The translations under genes were made by a program, and so were the position numbers. A stretch of DNA of 56,014 nt. It comes from Candidatus Blautia pullicola. Its GTDB lineage: Bacteria; Bacillota; Clostridia; Lachnospirales; Lachnospiraceae. Where the stretch lies: NCBI GenBank assembly GCA_019116635.1, contig DXBG01000030.1:1-56014 (forward strand). Reading direction: 5' to 3'. The notes below the pieces were generated by a model that was not told where the DNA came from, ran no database searches, and saw only the letters and a program-made list of their open reading frames with translations. Shown piece after piece: positions 53,527-56,014 of the stretch. The first letter of the stretch is position 1. Every line of letters begins with the position of its first letter.

Positions 53527-54546
53527 TTATCTGTTTCCATACATTTTTTCATAATAATTCTGATATTCTCCGGAGATAATGGTTTCCCACCATTCTCTGT
53601 TCTCCAGATACCATTTAATGGTCTTTTTAATACCGTCTGCAAATTTTGTTTCCGGCAGCCAGCCCAGTTCGCTGTGAATCTTAGTCGGGTCAATGGCATA
53701 ACGCATATCGTGGCCCTTCCGGTCTGCAACATAGGTAATCAGACTCTCTGGTTTGCCAAGTTCTTTGCAGATGAGTTTAACAATGTCGATATTCTTCATT
53801 TCGTTGTGGCCGCCGATGTTGTAAACCTCACCTACACGGCCTTTATGGATAATCAAATCAATGGCCTTGCAGTGGTCTTCCACATAGAGCCAGTCTCTTA
53901 CATTTTCGCCTTTTCCGTAAACAGGAAGTGGCTTATCGTTTAAGGCATTGGCAATCATGAGAGGAATCAGCTTCTCCGGGAAATGGTAGGGACCATAGTT
54001 GTTAGAACAGCGGCTGATGGTTACCGGCAGGCCGTAGGTGCGGTGGTAAGCCAGTACCAAAAGGTCTGCCCCTGCCTTGGAGGAACTGTAAGGACTGCTG
54101 GTGTGTATGGGGGTTTCCTCTGTAAAGAATAAGTCCGGGCGGTCCAGAGGCAAATCACCGTAAACCTCATCTGTGGAAACCTGATGATAGCGCTGGATTC
54201 CGTATTTACGGCAAGCATCCATCAGCACAGCGGTTCCTTTGATATTTGTATCCAGGAATACCTCAGGATTTTCGATAGAACGGTCCACATGGCTTTCAGC
54301 GGCAAAATTTACCACAATGTCAGGATGCTCTTCTTCAAATAATTTATAAACAGCCTCACGGTCTGTGATGCTTTCCTTTACAAAACGGAAATTCGGATTT
54401 TCCATAACAGGGGCCAGAGTGGACAGATTTCCCGCATAGGTTAAGCAGTCCAGACAGATGATTCTGTAGTCGGGATACTTGTCCAGCATGTGAAAAATAA
54501 AGTTGCTTCCAATAAATCCGGCTCCGCCGGTTACAATAATAGTCAT
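53527..54546 (-). CDS. rmlB: dTDP-glucose 4,6-dehydratase
   Basis: GGAGFIG, AAESHVDRS, STDEVYG, YSSSK, NNYGP, RKGHD motifs. Confidence 0.96.
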   Translation of the reverse strand: MTIIVTGGAGFIGSNFIFHMLDKYPDYRIICLDCLTYAGNLSTLAPVMENPNFRFVKESITDREAVYKLFEEEHPDIVVNFAAESHVDRSIENPEVFLDTNIKGTAVLMDACRKYGIQRYHQVSTDEVYGDLPLDRPDLFFTEETPIHTSSPYSSSKAGADLLVLAYHRTYGLPVTISRCSNNYGPYHFPEKLIPLMIANALNDKPLPVYGKGENVRDWLYVEDHCKAIDLIIHKGRVGEVYNIGGHNEMKNIDIVKLICKELGKPESLITYVADRKGHDMRYAIDPTKIHSELGWLPETKFADGIKKTIKWYLENREWWETIISGEYQNYYEKMYGNR

Positions 54547-54646
54547 AATCATACTCCTTTTATTCTATATAAGATATATTTTCCGGGAAGAAAAAATATG
54601 CCAGAGAAATAGTACACTTGAGAAATACTATAATTATGTCAGTACA

Positions 54647-54811
54647 CTAGTGTACTGGCACGTTCGTATTTTACCAAATGACTTGCCTGAATTTCCATCT
54701 GCTGCGTTGTCGTCAATCGACGTAGCCACCGCTACGCCTCATTCCTCCGTCTTGCAGAATAAAAATTCATTCTACGTCATTATGCTAAAAATGAACGAGT
54801 CAGTACACTAG
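54647..54811. mobile_element. MITE-like element, copy 1 (165 bp including CTAG ends)
   Basis: TIRs CTAGTGTACTGGCACGTTC / GAACGAGTCAGTACACTAG; internal hairpin CGTAGC-CACC-GCTACG; second copy at 55884. Confidence 0.8.
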
Positions 54812-55704
54812 TGAAGGCTGTCTAGATATTTTCCATCCAGAACATCCTTTAAATACTGGCCATATTGATTTTTCTTCAGGATTTCGTAAACCTTCATTAC
54901 GTCATCTTTGGTAATCCAACCATTTAAATAAGCGATTTCTTCCAGGCAGGCGATTTTTCTGTGCTGGTGGTCTTCCATGGTTTTAACAAAATTGGTGGCT
55001 TCCACCAGACTTTCGTGAGTTCCTGTATCCAGCCAGGTAAAGCCCTGTCCTAAAAGCTCTACATTCAGCTGGCCCGCCTCCAGATAAATACGGTTCAAAT
55101 CTGTGATTTCCAGCTCGCCTCTGGCGCTTGGCTTCAGATTCCTAGCATACTCTACAACTTTGTTGTCATAAAAATACAGACCGGTCACGCAATAATTACT
55201 TTTGGGTTTAGCCGGTTTCTCCTCAATAGAAACTGCTTTTCCTTCTGCGTTGAATTCTACAATTCCGAAACGTTCCGGGTCGTCTACATAGTAGCCGAAT
55301 ACCGTTGCACCCAGGCCATGCTCTGCATTTTCCACGGCGGCCTTCAGACGTTTCTTCAGACCATGTCCGGCAAAAATATTGTCACCTAAAACCATGGCCA
55401 CGCAGTCGCTGCCAATAAATTCCTCTCCGATAATAAAAGCCTGAGCCAATCCGTCCGGGCTTGGCTGTACTGCATAAGACAGCTGCACGCCGAACTGATG
55501 TCCATCACCTAAAAGCTCCTGAAAACGAGGAGTATCCTGAGGCGTGGAAATAATCAGAATTTCCCGAATGCCCGCATTCATAAGAACAGAAAGAGGGTAA
55601 TAAATCATGGGTTTGTCATAAATAGGAAGTAACTGCTTGGAAGTTACCATAGTTAAAGGGTAGAGACGTGTCCCGGACCCGCCGGCCAGAATAATACCTT
55701 TCAT
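54808..55704 (-). CDS. rmlA: Glucose-1-phosphate thymidylyltransferase
   Basis: [57 protein letters not shown] motifs. Confidence 0.96.
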   Translation of the reverse strand: MKGIILAGGSGTRLYPLTMVTSKQLLPIYDKPMIYYPLSVLMNAGIREILIISTPQDTPRFQELLGDGHQFGVQLSYAVQPSPDGLAQAFIIGEEFIGSDCVAMVLGDNIFAGHGLKKRLKAAVENAEHGLGATVFGYYVDDPERFGIVEFNAEGKAVSIEEKPAKPKSNYCVTGLYFYDNKVVEYARNLKPSARGELEITDLNRIYLEAGQLNVELLGQGFTWLDTGTHESLVEATNFVKTMEDHQHRKIACLEEIAYLNGWITKDDVMKVYEILKKNQYGQYLKDVLDGKYLDSLH

Positions 55705-55848
55705 AATGCTTCTCCTTTGCATTTGTATTTTTCAATGCTGTATCAATAGGTTTTATGTAAGTCTTAGTAGCTGTTGCATATATTATACAAGATGACGTAA
55801 CGTCACCTTCAAGCAAAAAATAAAATTTTGAAACACCAGGCTCCATAA

Positions 55849-55883
55849 GCCATGATTTTCATGCTTGCATGAAAAATCATGGC
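55849..55883. repeat. Hairpin with ATGCTTGCAT tip abutting MITE copy 2
   Basis: GCCATGATTTTCATGC-TT-GCATGAAAAATCATGGC. Confidence 0.7.
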
Positions 55884-56014
55884 CTAGTGTACTGACACGT
55901 TCACATTTCAACAAATGACTTGCCTGAATTTCCATCTGCTGCGTTGTCGTCAATCGACGTAGCCACCGCTACGCCTCATTCCTCCGCCTTGCAGAATGAA
56001 AATTCATTCTACGT
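55884..56014. mobile_element. MITE-like element, copy 2 (cut by the window end)
   Basis: 124 of 131 bases identical to 54647-54777, same orientation. Confidence 0.8.

Noticed and set aside
54503-54811. 102-aa ORF between rmlB and rmlA
   Set aside because: Translation of the MITE and of the antisense rmlB start.
50308-56014. Possible CRISPR array among the repeats
   Set aside because: No regularly spaced identical repeats with unique spacers, and no cas genes.

Overview
A 56-kb chromosomal window from an anaerobic Firmicute; the gene content suggests Lachnospiraceae/Clostridiales. It is almost entirely accessory catabolic gene clusters. (1) <3-18072 (+): one tightly packed run of 16 genes: sugar ABC permease, RraA/HMG-type aldolase, TIM-barrel isomerase, DUF4038/GH140-like hydrolase, DhaK/DhaL, RpiB, beta-propeller protein, Zn-dehydrogenase, PFOR, split UxaA/SuyAB-type dehydratase, then abfD-thl-crt-hbd. 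No bcd/etfAB or CoA-transferase is present in the window. (2) 18495-25088 (+): ROK repressor with three visible operators and two tandem promoters, a transporter, an unpartnered hydantoinase/oxoprolinase A subunit, an HExxH protein and an FAD oxidoreductase. (3) 25295-33050: AIM24, GH125, GH20, DUF4127, a YheO-like regulator and LacI. (4) 33310-50252 (+): ROK kinase, a NagB variant, GH9, ABC transporter, GH2, a fold-III PLP enzyme, D-aminoacylase, Rid, GH3 and MATE. (5) An Rpn nuclease with a probable internal small-protein start, and rmlABDC on the minus strand with rmlA flanked by two copies of a MITE-like element. Several intergenic REP/MITE-like fold-back elements recur. No rRNA, tRNA or CRISPR array was seen. 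All family calls come from motif recognition by eye; no searches were run, and all pathway proposals are inference.
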